A stretch of DNA of 64,000 bases from Octopus sinensis (Eukaryota): positions 123,690,001-123,754,000 of the forward strand of contig NC_042997.1 of the NCBI RefSeq assembly GCF_006345805.1, given 5' to 3'. The notes below the pieces were generated by a model that saw only the letters and a program-made list of their open reading frames with translations, had not been told where the DNA came from and did not search any database. Position 1 is the first letter of the stretch; every line of letters begins with the position of its first letter. Positions 13,509-25,992 of the stretch are shown one piece after another. The position numbers were made by a program, and so were the translations under genes.

Positions 13509-13551
<43 letters not shown>

Positions 13552-13563
13552 CATTATTATTAT
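13461..13563. repeat. (TAA)n microsatellite at the 5' junction of the R4/Dong element
   Basis: Direct inspection. Confidence 0.95.
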
Positions 13564-13703
13564 TATATATAAAGTTTAATTTATATAATTTATATAAATT
13601 GGTGTTTGCTAAATTTTTCTTGAGAACATCCCCTTCTTAGTGGTATGACCATAGCGTATCATCTTCTAGCATAATGAACGCTCACTTATAAGTCACTCCT
13701 TTT

Positions 13704-13714
13704 ATATGTATGTA

Positions 13715-13753
<39 letters not shown>

Positions 13754-13765
13754 ATATATATATAC

Positions 13766-13850
<85 letters not shown>

Positions 13851-13855
13851 CATAC

Positions 13856-13931
<76 letters not shown>

Positions 13932-13982
13932 TATATATATATAATATATATATATTATATATATATAATATATATATATATA
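13704..13982. repeat. Long interrupted (TA)n microsatellite
   Basis: Direct inspection; it generates the spurious IY-repeat ORFs. Confidence 0.95.
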
Positions 13983-14232
13983 CAAATTGAGATAGGGGTT
14001 GTAAATGCAACCCTCCATGGGATAACATATATCCAATATACTGCTAGTGAAGTACTCAACAAAGTTAATACATAAATGTTAAGAATTGCGATGCAGTTAA
14101 TTCATTTACTGTATTATATGGCCAAAGGTAAAATGTTTTACCACAAATTCATAATACAAAATAAGAAAATAGAGAAATACATCGAAATACATCTTACAGG
14201 TCAATATGTAGTTATAAATGAGACATATGTCT

Positions 14233-15905
14233 CATTTAGGAGTTTGTGGGTCTTCAGGAAGTCAGCTATCCTTGATCTTAACACTCTTTCAAACACTTTA
14301 ATGATGTGGGAGGTGAGTGAGATTGGGGTATAGTTGACTGCGAGGGATTTGTTTCCCTGTTTGAAAACCTGGATGACCGACTGGGATAGAAACTGTTTCG
14401 GTATATAACCTGCGTCTAATTAATTTCTCCAGAGGTTGGTCAGAGGGACTGCAAGTTGGTATCTACATTCCTTCAGGAGACTAGCGGGAAATCTATCAGG
14501 GCCTACAGCGAAGTAATGTTTGACCTCATTTATTGCTGCTACGATGTCAGTGGCAGTGAAGGTTATGTCTGAGATTTTGTGTTGGGAGTCAACTTCGTTC
14601 GTTTCCCTTACGTCAATATCAGTGGGAACACTAAAGACAGAGCAGTATTGTTTCTGCAGTATTTCTGCCATTTCTTTAGCATCGTGTTGGGGAATGCCGT
14701 TATCATCAATCAATAGCCCAATGGGTGAGACAGTGGTTCTATGCTTATTTGCATAAGAATAGAACACTTTAGGGTTCTGTTTGATGTTTTTGATTACCCA
14801 TTGTTCCTCCACAGCTTTTTGATTTTCAATGGATGTTTTCATGATGGTCTGCAAATGAAGTTTTTCCAGCTCTAGTCTTTTCATTGTTGTTGAATGTGGA
14901 TGTGTGTGGGAATATTTTAATTGGTTGATTTTTTTGTTGAGTCTTTTGATGCGCCTGATGAGTGTTTTTTTTTCTTTTTAGGAAGCCGGTTTCTGTTTGC
15001 GTTAGTAGATTTCTTGGGAGCGTGTTTAGAGCATCTATAGGTGACAATGTTTTCAAAGTGCTGCCACGCGGTCTCAATATGAGAGGAATTGAGAGTAAAA
15101 GACCAGTCGATGGAAGACAGATCCTTTCTGATTGTTCCCCAGTCCGCTTTGTGGAAGTTTATGTTGTCAAATGGGTGCCATGGAGTGGGATTGGCTGGTT
15201 TGGTTTTTATATGTCGGGAATTAAGATTGCAGAGTACCATGTCGTGGTCTGAGAGGAGAGTTTTTTCGACTGAAATACTGTGAAATGTAGCTAGAGTGAT
15301 TGGTCAATACCAGATCCAAGATCGTTTTATTCTGTCTCGTTGGTTCGAGCACTAGCTGAGTCAGGAAATATTCATCCATCAGATTAAAGAGCAGTTCTGC
15401 TGCTGCTCTATCTGATGTAGAGCACTTGCCTAACTTCAGAGTATTTGTGGGCCAGTTCACATGAGGGAGGTTAAAATCACCTATCACTAGTATGTTTCCG
15501 AAGTGGTACTTCCGAAGGAAGGACTTGACTTTGCTAAGGCACTCTTTAAAGTACTTTAGAGGTGCCTGGGGAGGCCTGTAAAGACCAACAATGGTTATGT
15601 CCTTGGCTTTGTTGTATAGTGATACCGATTCACAGTAGCCATTGGAAAATATGTCCTTGGCATCAAGTGAAAAGGAGTCATGGATAAAGATGGCTGTCCC
15701 TCCCTTATTTCGGTATGTGCGATCCGCACGAACAATGGTGAAATCTTTTATTTTCACCTCTGCGTCCATATGGGTGTTGTTCAGGTGAGTCTCGGTAAGG
15801 ATAAAGAAGGGAAGCAATGTGCCATTTCGGCAAGCCAACTCTCTATATATGGGATCTTCCATTTTTGGGCAATAATTGATGGGTTGATGCCACGTACATT
15901 TAACA
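14233..15905 (-). mobile_element. CR1-like LINE ORF2 5' half (APE endonuclease, linker, start of RT), frameshifted
   Basis: LNVRGI...LTETHL...RADR...GGTAIFI...GLYRPP...VIGDFNLPHVNW...EPTRQNKTILDLVLTN, then KQNPKVFYSYAN, AVGPDRFPASLLKEC, and PISLTSHIIKVFERVL. Confidence 0.9.
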
Positions 15906-17245
15906 TATATATATGTGTGTGTGCAGGCATGTATTTTTCCTATATGAATGTGTAAAACTTTATGCCCCTAGATGCACGTATGAGTGTTTCTCTGTATGTG
16001 TTTTAAAATCTAATTTCGCTGTATTTCAATATCTATTAAAATATTTCTTTTAACTTAATAGGTAGAAATTTGCATCCTCATTTTATTTCTCATTCTAATT
16101 TATTTATTTATTTATTTATTTATTTATATACTAATTTGTATTTATTTATCTATTGGTAAAAGACATTAAAATGGCATATGTGTTTCGGGTTGGAAATAAT
16201 TGGTATTACTTTTATTCCAGCACACCTATATTAACGTATTGTGCCATTTTACATTGTGGTGTCTTGGAGTAATTACATTTCAATAGGAAAGGAAGTAGGA
16301 TTTCTATTTCATTAATTTTCCCATTTTTACATTTGATTTCAACTTGATACATTGAAACTTGACAGTCGATGATATTAGTGTTGTTTAACCCTAGGCTATT
16401 TTATTCAGAACGCCAACACGTAGAAGCCATCGATTCAACACCATCACATAATTTTCATATATGCTTCTTTTCAGAAATACTGAGCCATATTCTACATCAT
16501 TCGATAGAATGTTAGATATCTTGCAAGAAAAATGTTTGGATTTAAAATGAGTTTTAGTAAGGATGTCGAAGAAATTGATTGAAAATGGAATAGCTTGTGC
16601 GTTTTCTCGTACAATGATATTAAATAGAGCTAGCTATTACTTTGTACTGTATATCTACGGTTTAAAAGAGCATTAATAGAACAATATCTAAGGCTTCCTT
16701 CTCGACCTCTTATTATCACCTCTAAAAATTTGGCTATTCTTTTCAACCACTCTAAAACTGGAGAAAGACTTCTATTCCTGTATTATATTATCGTTGTTTG
16801 TGTTTTTCTTTCCTTTTATTTTTTTTTTCTCTTATCTTTCGTTATTTCTTCTTCAGCATACGCAACAACGTCTTCGCTATCATCATTGTCGTCACTACCA
16901 GCATCAATGACAACAGCATGAAAATCATGATTACAATGTAATATAATATTTTCCCACAGTTAGGGGACAAGGACACAAATTTGAGGGGTGGGGATTTATT
17001 CGATTCCATCAATCCAGCTTTAGAATGGTACTTTATTAATCGAACTGCGATGGATAAAAACATGTTTGTCGGTGTGATTGGAGCTGAGAATGTAAAGAGA
17101 TGGATAAGTTCAGTATACCTCTGTGAGCTCGCTAACCCATTCTTGTAAATAATATCTTTACTACTACCCAACAATGAAGGAGTGTTTTTCCACTTGGAAC
17201 TAAGATGCGCTTAATGGTCACTGCACTACACTATAATAAAAGTAA

Positions 17246-17498
17246 TAAATGCGCCCTTTTAAAGCCTAGCCAGGCTCATGGGTCCGGTTTCACGGTTTCA
17301 ATGGTGTATGTGTTCCCCAGTTGGACGGAACGCCAGTCACATCGCAGCGTTACTCATTTTTGCCAGCTGAGTGGACTGGAGCAACGTGAAATGGAGTGTT
17401 TTGCTCAAGAACACAACGCGTCGCCCGGTCCAGGAATCAAAACCACAATCTTACGATCATGATGGTCACACACTACCCACTAAGCCACGCGCCTCTAC
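17246..17498 (-). mobile_element. tRNA-derived SINE, family C
   Basis: Minus-strand head GTAGAGGCGCGTGGCTTAGTGG...GGTTTTGATTCC followed by GTTCTTGAGCAAAACAC; homologous to the 5705 and 57205 copies. Confidence 0.85.
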
Positions 17499-18320
17499 GC
17501 ACTACACTATATCCTAAATATTACAAATTTAGTTTTCCCGATTAATCAATTCATTTTCTTTTAATTTTTCATATAGTTACTTAACGTTTTGTAGTTCCGT
17601 CTAGCAGCTTTCATAAGTTATTCATAATTTGACTTCTCGCATTTAATTTTACTTAACTGTTTAAGAAGGTAGTTGCTAGTTTTTCTATAGGCTACCTTGT
17701 AACATTCTAGTTGATCTTTAATTCCAGTATAGGTCAACCAGCTCTCAGGGAAGATCCTTATTGAATTTATTGTCACCGATAATTGATTCCTGCTTATTAC
17801 GGCGTAATAAAAGAAAAGACAAATCTCATAACTTTTCCTTGGAGTCCTCTATGCGGGCTGGGAGGAAGGACATAGATATCGTCAGACTGGTCACCTACCA
17901 GGGAAGTTTGACAGGGAAGTCAATGAGCTTATGATAGCATCGTTCCGGGCGTCGGAATTTTATTATTGCTTGCTTTTGAATGCAACTAGCATTTCCTATT
18001 TAACCACACCTTCTTCAGAATGAATATCACCAGCTCACCAAACACCACCTTCTCCACGTTTTTCATCACCTCACCTCACCATCACGTTCACTGTCACAAA
18101 CGCCATCTCCAAATGCTCCTCATTTTCCCAGTGGGTCGAGGAATATTACCAATTCATCCCCATAACTTGTTTCAACGTCATCTTCATCATCATGATCATC
18201 ATGACCCTCATCATCATCATCAGCAACAATAGCAACGTCATCATCATTATCATAATCAACACCATATTGTAAGAGAGAGATCATACATAATTCTCTACTA
18301 TCTCTCTCTCTTCTATTGTC

Positions 18321-18540
18321 TTTTACTTGTTTCAGTTATCTGACAGTGGCCATGCTGGGGCACCGCCTTTAATCGAGCAAATCAACTCCAGAACTTATTT
18401 TTGTAAGCCTAGTACTTATTCTATCGCTCTCTTTAGACGAACCGCTATGTTTCGGGGATGTAAACACACCAGTATCGGTTGTGAAGCAATGTTGGGGGGG
18501 GGACAAACACAGACACACAAACATACACATACACTCATAC

Positions 18541-18598
<58 letters not shown>

Positions 18599-19074
18599 TA
18601 ATCCAAACAAGAAAACAAAGAAGACAACAACGCAAAAGGTGGAACAATTAAAGTATTATTAGGCGCTCAGGAAAAAAGGGAAGAAGGAGGATATGACGTT
18701 TCGAGCGGAGCTCTTCTTCGGAAACATAAGAGAAAGAAAGATGCCGAGGTGGGAGGACAGAGGGAAAAAACGCCAGTGGTCTTCACGAGGTAAACATACT
18801 GAAAGGCGGAAGTCGTAGACGAGAGGGGACAGGTTTTCAAAGACAGGAGAGCGGAAAAAGAAGGAAGGTAAAACACAATGAGTGAGATGAAGAATATATA
18901 TATACATATATACAACGAGCTTCTTTCAGTTTGTCTACCAAATCCACTCACAAGATTTTGGTCGGCCTTAGGCTATAGTAGAAGACACTTGCTCATGATG
19001 CCACGCAGTGGGACTAAACCCGAAACCATGTAGTTCGTAAGCAAGCTTCTTACCACACAGCCACTCCTACGCCT
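18321..19074 (-). mobile_element. SINE family A split by a PLE-derived insertion in its internal (TA)n
   Basis: The 3' half (18321-18540) and 5' half (18905-19074) are colinear with the 39616-39984 copy. Confidence 0.85.
18595..18894 (-). mobile_element. Penelope-like element terminal (pLTR) fragment with a minimal hammerhead-like motif
   Basis: Homologous to 32565-32770. It contains GUUU-CCGAAGA-A-GAGC-UCC-GCUC-GAAAC-GUC at 18691-18725 (minus strand). Confidence 0.7.
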
Positions 19075-19866
19075 CTGTATCTCATTGCATAGAATTTACT
19101 AGGTGACATGGTTTATTGAGCTTGAAAAAAATGAAATCGAAGTCGATCCTAGTAGAATTTGAACATAAAACATAATGGTATAAGAATAAATATGGCACAG
19201 ATTTTATTCTGGCTTTCGAACGTCTGTTCTACTTTTCAAACATTAGTATTAATATTGATAGCATTCGTTTGTACATACTATTTGACTATATATGCACAGA
19301 AGCATACAACTTATTGTATCGAATACATAATTATACTGACAGGAGCCAATACTTCTCAGAGTATACATTAGAAATATGACATACTGATAGAATAAAATGA
19401 GCTTGACAACAAGTATATAACAGAAGTATGTTCAGATATATAAGAGAAAAGTAAAAAGTTAAATCAATGACACCCGATTTTCCATGAGGAAATTTAATAG
19501 AAGGTGAAAAGCGAAATCTAAATGGAATTCAATGCGTTGGAGACAGATAGTTAACTCAATTGCCTTCAGTGATGATTGTTCATTCTTAGTGGTTAATTAT
19601 ACAGCCTGAGGTTGTAAATGAGAAACTGAAGAGCGAGCAGAGGGTTAATAGTTGTTACTTGTATTCGGGAACACTTTAATTAGCCAGTTCAATTCCTGTC
19701 TGAATATGCGTCTTCGGGCAAAATACAATTTTCTTATTCACCACCAAATTATCTTTCCTTGTGTACCGAACTTTTGTACTTTGAGAATATTATACTTATG
19801 CAGTTATGTATGCATGCATGTATGTATGTATGAATATTCCTATACATATATTTATATGTTAACACA

Positions 19867-19913
<47 letters not shown>

Positions 19914-20461
19914 TGTGATACATGTTTCCTTCGGGGTATAAACTTTCTACTAAGAAAGGTTGTCCAACAGGATACAAAATACAGCAATATAGAGTTACCA
20001 TTTACCTATACGTATAAATGAAAATATACGTTTCCCTAAAATGAATCACAAATATGTGTTTGTATGTTCGATTGTGTGAATGATTTTCTGAAACTTTGCA
20101 TGCATGTTGGAGATTTTATGCGTGTGAGAGTAAATCAGTCGTATATTGAATATTGGGCGGTCACCATCGGATTAATTTGTAAGATTTTCATAAAAGTTAA
20201 AAGAAGCGTATTGCTTTCTTAGTGCATAGGAAGTACTGTGATATATTTAATGAAACTTTGGTAATGGAATATAGACAGACATGTGTGTGTGCGTGTGTGA
20301 GAGAGAGAGAGAGAGAGAGAAAAAGTGATCCACTAGAAAATTGCTAAGATATTAATACGGTTTCTTCACATGAAACAAATGGTAGACTTAATATGCTAAT
20401 AAAGAAACTTTTTTCATACTGACGCGGTGTTGAGCACTCGTTGACATTGTTCCTCACTTAC

Positions 20462-20529
<68 letters not shown>

Positions 20530-20535
<6 letters not shown>

Positions 20536-20930
20536 ACCGTTCACAACATAGTAAGCTATTCCTATAGCTACTACACTGGATCTAGCACCATTTTAAACAA
20601 AGATATTATGCATATATAAACTCGTTTAAATATAAAGAGAATAACAATATCACATCATAAGACAGCCACGCCTAATTAATAGAAAAATACAATATAAACT
20701 TTCCTAGGCTATAATAGACTCGGGTATCCTATATCAGGGCCAGCACTCCAGATGTGGATTCTGCTTAAAAGAAGCCCTCAAAATTTTAATCTACAACTCA
20801 CCACAATTGCTTAATAAATACAACGATTCATTCACTACGTGAAAGCACACATTCTTCTGCATTTTTCAATTCTTTCATAAATCTAAATATAAGTTCACAC
20901 ACCCCTCTGACGAATAGCACCCATATATAA
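20530..20930 (+). mobile_element. Penelope-like element C-terminal (GIY-YIG) remnant
   Basis: YYTGSST... and CGFCLKEALKIL...QLLNKYND resemble the PLE C-x-L-C-L-x-E-K...LLNK terminus; a truncated CTGACGA follows at about 20908. Confidence 0.55.
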
Positions 20931-21212
20931 ACCCCAATATCCATGAACACATACATCTCTATATCTCTTCTATTTCTCTTATATTTCTATATCGCGTATT
21001 TCTCCCTTATATCTCTTATATCTACTTTACCTCATCACGTTATGAGACATATATTAATACTTTAATATATCTTTAATGCATTTTTAAAAATTAACCCAAT
21101 AAATCCCCTAATATCTAATTCTAATTCCCACTCATAAATAATTTAACTTTCAGACTACTGCTCAATTCTCTACTACCTACACACCCATAACCCCATTGCT
21201 AAATATAACTTA

Positions 21213-21581
21213 CATTACAAGGATGTTTGCAAAAGGGATATGAAGGCCTGCAACATCAACATTAGCGGTTGGGAGGCAGTCGCCAGCAACCGTGGAGAAT
21301 GGCGACGTACAGTAAAAGAGGGTATACAGAGGAGTGACAGAAAGAGAGAGGAGAAATGGAAAGAAAGGAAGGGACATAAACAAGAGACCATGGCACTACA
21401 ACCAGCCAGGAAGTCTTCGCTACATTTGCAGTACCTGCCAGAGGGAGTGTTTGTCCAGGATAGGACTACACAGCCACAGCAAGAAATGTAACAGGAAATA
21501 AAATATAACAGCCGGACTAGACCTAGAAAAAAAAAAAAAAATGCGCAACTCCATTGTCTCCCGAGACAGAAAGGATGCCAA
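21213..21581 (+). mobile_element. RTE-clade LINE 3' end
   Basis: YKDVCKRDMKACNI...W...ASNRGEWR...V..G, then C..C...CLSRIGLHSH..KC, then the 3' UTR motif TCCATTGTCTCCCGAGACAGAAAGGATGCC. Confidence 0.85.
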
Positions 21582-22198
21582 ACTTCCAAAATATAACTCT
21601 ACAGCCACTGATCTTAGCCAGAACGGACAGAGGCATTTGCCACTAGATATCCTCCCAACACACATAGACTTTAAGACTACAACCGACACCTACTGTATTT
21701 TTTAAATTCCTTTCATTTTGCTTTTTTTTGTTTATCTACTTCCCTTATCTTCCTCTACCTCCTCATCCTCTCTCTACCCCTACACAATATACTAAGACAC
21801 CGTATGCCCATGTACCTTCCTTTATCCTAAAGCCAATCCTTAAATTCCTCCCCTCATTCTATCTACTTCTCTTTCTATTTACCTGCTTTCCTTTCCTTTC
21901 GTGTGTGTATGTGTGTGTGTATGTGTGAGACAGTGAGTGATCCACTAGAAAATTTTTAAGATATTAAGACGGTTTCTTCACATGAAACAAATGGTACACA
22001 TATATTCAGAAACTGAATGCGAGCCACCTTTTTGCTAAGTCAACCTTGAATTTATTGATACTTTTCCAATTTTGTTTATAGTACATTTATCAGTATTGCT
22101 ATCTAGACTTCAGTAGAATTGCTGGTTATTGAGTGCTTCTAGCACCATTCCCTTGTAGTGCGTCTTGTCCATTATAATAATAGCTCATCCTTCGTCAG

Positions 22199-22236
<38 letters not shown>

Positions 22237-22240
<4 letters not shown>

Positions 22241-22831
22241 ACTAAGCCCTAATTATATAATGTAAAATTTTGAATTCGCCTTAAATGGTCCTTTTACATA
22301 CTGAACACTTGGTGAAATTGATTAATTAATTAATTTTACCCTCAATTGTTGATATTATAATTCATTTCTCTCGGTCATACTGCCTCGGTTCTCGCAGTTA
22401 AAATATAATGTTTGCTAGATAGACCACGTGGGTGGAAGGGGATTGAAGAAATTTACGCCTGCGCATTTTGAATTTGTTGACACTGTTAGTTGGAGTGGTT
22501 CATCTGAACTGATAAGTTCGCTGATAGGTAAAGTTCCTTCTTTTTAGTGTTTCCAAATCCAAATTAAGAAATTTTGAGCTGACGATAGAAATGCTGATTT
22601 TATATGGCTAATCTTGAAACGTTGACGTACTCAAACGATGTATGTACTTGTGATATTTTTCTGTATTTACCTCCAAACCTTCGTGGGCTGTCTGGAGTAA
22701 ACATTATCTGAGAGAAATGTTCTTTAAGTAGTAGAAATGCTAAGAAAATTTTTTTGGCTGCTATTTCTACTAAGTTCAGTATGTGGCAAAGTAATTTATT
22801 TTACTAAGCCCTAATTATATAATGTAAAATA
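22237..22831 (+). repeat. Older copy of the ~570-bp hammerhead-containing unit, with a ~33-bp terminal redundancy
   Basis: TTTTACTAAGCCCTAATTATATAATGTAAAAT occurs at both ends; diverged homolog of 23998-24480. Confidence 0.8.
22573..22635 (+). ncRNA. Type I hammerhead ribozyme motif
   Basis: UUUGAG-CUGACGA-U-AGA..UCU-U-GAAA-C-GUUGAC-GUA-CUCAAA: 6-bp stem I, canonical core, GUA cleavage triplet. Confidence 0.7.
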
Positions 22832-22852
22832 TATATATATATAATATATAAT

Positions 22853-22897
<45 letters not shown>

Positions 22898-22924
22898 TTA
22901 CCGTATATGTATTTTACCCATATT

Positions 22925-23110
22925 GTTCCGCCAATATCGCTTGACAACCGATGCTGGTGTGTTTACTTCCCCGTAACCTAGCGGTTCGGCAAAAGAGATC
23001 GATAGAATAGGTACTAGTCTTACAAAGAATAAGTCCTGGGGTCGATTTGCTCGACTAAAGGCGGTACTCCAGCATGGCCACAGTCAAATGACTGAAACAA
23101 AAGAGTAAAA
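22925..23110 (+). mobile_element. SINE family A, 3' half
   Basis: GATTTGCTCGACTAAAGGCGGTACTCCAGCATGGCCACAGTCAAATGACTGAAAC tail. Confidence 0.8.
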
Positions 23111-23189
23111 TATATATATATATATATATAATATATATATGTGTGTGTGTGGGGGGTGTATGCATATATATATACATCTGTATAGATAC

Positions 23190-23233
<44 letters not shown>

Positions 23234-23515
23234 CAACAATTGAGGGTAAAATTAATTAATTAATCAATTTCACCAAGTATTCAGTATGCAAAGGGACCAT
23301 TTAAGGCGAATTCAAATTATTACATTATATAAAAGGGCTTAGTAAAATAAATTACTTTGCCGCATACTGAACTCATTAGATAATAGCAGCTAAAAAAAAC
23401 CTTTTATCAAACTATTTCTAATACTTAAAGAAAACTCTCTCATATAGTGTTTGCTCAATTCAACTCACGAAAGTATGGGTGTAGAGACATTAAAAAATCA
23501 AATGCAAAGGTTATT

Positions 23516-23568
23516 TGAGAACGTACGTTTCAAAATTAGTCAAAATCGACATTTCTATCATCAGCTCA
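23516..23568 (-). ncRNA. Type I hammerhead ribozyme motif
   Basis: UGAG-CUGAUGA-U-AGA..UUU-U-GAAA-C-GUAC-GUU-CUCA on the minus strand. Confidence 0.65.
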
Positions 23569-24243
23569 GAACTCCCTGGTTTGGATTTGAAAACACTGAA
23601 AGTGGGGGCGTACCCTTTCGGCTTCTTATCGCTTCTGAAGATCCGCTCGAAACTAACAGTGCCAGCAAACTCAAATATGCAAGCGAAGAATTTCTGCTCT
23701 CCCCCTTTCCACCAACCAACGTGGGTTAAAATCAGCAAACACTATGCTTTTTTCGGTAAAATCCGAGGCATTTAAATAGAGAGAGATGAATTATAATTTC
23801 ACAACAATTGAGGGTAAAATTAATTAATTAATCAATTTCACCAAGTATTCAGTATGCAAAGGGACCATTTAAGGCGAATTCAAATTATTACATTATATAA
23901 AAGGGCTTAGTAAAATAAATTACTTTGCCGCATACTGAACTCATTAGAAATAGCAGCTAAAAAAACTTTTATAAAACTATTTCTAAAACTATTTCTAATT
24001 TTTACCCTCAATTGTTGAAATTATAATTCATCTCTCTCTATTTAAATGCCTCGGATTTTACCGAAAAAAGCATAGTGTTTGCTGATTTTAACCCACGCTG
24101 GTGGAAAGGGGAGAGCAGAAATTCTTCGCTTGCATATTTGAGTTTGCTGGCACTGTTAGTTTCGAGCGGATCTTCAGAAGCGATAAGAAGCCGAAAGGGT
24201 ATGCCCCCACTTTCAGTGTTTTCCAATCCAAACCAGGTAGTTC

Positions 24244-24296
24244 TGAGCTGATGATAGAAATGTCGATTTTGACTAATCTTGAAACGTACGTTCTCA
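24244..24296 (+). ncRNA. Type I hammerhead ribozyme motif
   Basis: UGAG-CUGAUGA-U-AGA..UCU-U-GAAA-C-GUAC-GUU-CUCA; palindromic stem III ACGUACGU. Confidence 0.7.
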
Positions 24297-24481
24297 AATA
24301 ACCTTTGCATTTGATTTTTTAATGTCTCTACCCCCATACTTTCGTGAGTTGAATTGAGCAAACACTATATGAGAGAGGTTTTCTTTAAGTATTAGAAATA
24401 GTTTTATAAAAGTTTTTTTAGCTGCTATTTCTAATGAGTTCAGTATGCGGCAAAGTAATTTATTTTACTAAGCCCTTTTTA

Positions 24482-24513
<32 letters not shown>

Positions 24514-25399
24514 ATATATATATATATAATTATATACATATAATATACATATATATTATATATATATATATATAATGTGTGTGTGTACATATGTATATAC
24601 CCACATGTGATAAAGAGGAATTTAATATTAAATAAAATAAATACCTAACACCAACCCTAAACTTTTCAGGAAAATGGGTTAGATTACTTTTCATTATTCG
24701 GCCTGATAGTCTACGTTGTACTCTTTGATGGAACGTAGGATGCTGAAGCCCCAAACTTAGTGATGTGCCTTTCATTCAAAAAGAGCAAGGTATACATAAG
24801 CATCTATCCGTCTACCCATTCACTCATCCATCCTTTCATACATTCATAAATACATACTTACATACATATATATATTCATATATATATGCGTGTGTGTAAT
24901 GTATGTACTATGTAGGTGTTTTATGTGTGTGCATGTATATATATATTGAAATAATTGCATAAACTCACGCACACTCAGATGCACACAAACACAGACGCAC
25001 ACATACTCACGCATAGACGCACACACAGACTCAAACACACAGACATAGACACGTATACACTAAAATATGGTAATGAGAATGTGAATCTGTGTATACATGT
25101 TGTGACTTTTGGAGGAGGTATTTTCAAGCAACGAATTTACCTGCCCGATAACATAATCAGAAGAAAAAATTTCAGTGGAATTTCATTGAGGTTTCAGTTT
25201 GGTAAAAATTGATTTTTTTTTTGTAGGTTTTCTGCACTACAATGACTAGAAAAATAACAGAAAATCAATGTTGCTATGGTAACTAGAATCTTAAGTACAT
25301 GAAGTATACTAAGAAAACAAAGCACTGAAATGACTTATAAAATGGAAGCAGACACACACACATATATATGCATGCCTCTCACTTGTCTCTCTCTTTCCC

Positions 25400-25423
25400 C
25401 CCATAACTCTCGTTGTACATCAG

Positions 25424-25466
<43 letters not shown>

Positions 25467-25600
25467 GTATATATATACTTTATTAAAGCAGCAGAAATTC
25501 AACAAACCTGTTGCCGTTCATCGGACAGTTTTTGCTAGAATATATATATATATATATATACATTATATAATAATATATATATATATATCTATATATATTA

Positions 25601-25675
<75 letters not shown>

Positions 25676-25836
25676 TATATATGTATATAATGTATACACG
25701 TGTATATATATATATAAAAAAATATATATATAATATATATACTGATGTAGAACGAGAGATATGGGTGGAAAGAGAGAGGAAAAAGTTACTATCATAGCGA
25801 TGGTGATCAAAAGGAGGAAATAGAGGAACAAGGAGT

Positions 25837-25917
<81 letters not shown>

Positions 25918-25938
25918 TTCATTATATAATAAAAATTT

Positions 25939-25992
<54 letters not shown>
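25400..25992. repeat. Compound (TA)n and (TAA)n microsatellite zone
   Basis: Direct inspection. Confidence 0.9.

Larger units (their letters stand above)
23231..24480. repeat. Tandem (period 568) plus inverted array of a hammerhead-containing unit, probably PLE pLTRs
   Basis: CAACAATTGAGGGTAAAAT begins at 23234 and 23802; 23331-23820 is mirrored by 23998-24480. Confidence 0.9.

Noticed and set aside
13702-14036. Multiple ORFs of IY/YI repeats (also at 25.3-26.7, 29.9-30.2, 42.9-43.3, 46.0-46.4 and 63.3 kb)
   Set aside because: Translation of microsatellites lacking stop codons.
17820-18020. GC-richer patch with an open plus-strand frame (GVLYAGWEEGHRY...)
   Set aside because: No start or splice context and no recognisable family.
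23635-23653. Second hammerhead-like string CTGAAGATCCGCTCGAAAC on the opposite strand of the 568-bp unit
   Set aside because: No stem II can form and the downstream triplet is GUG, which is not cleavable.
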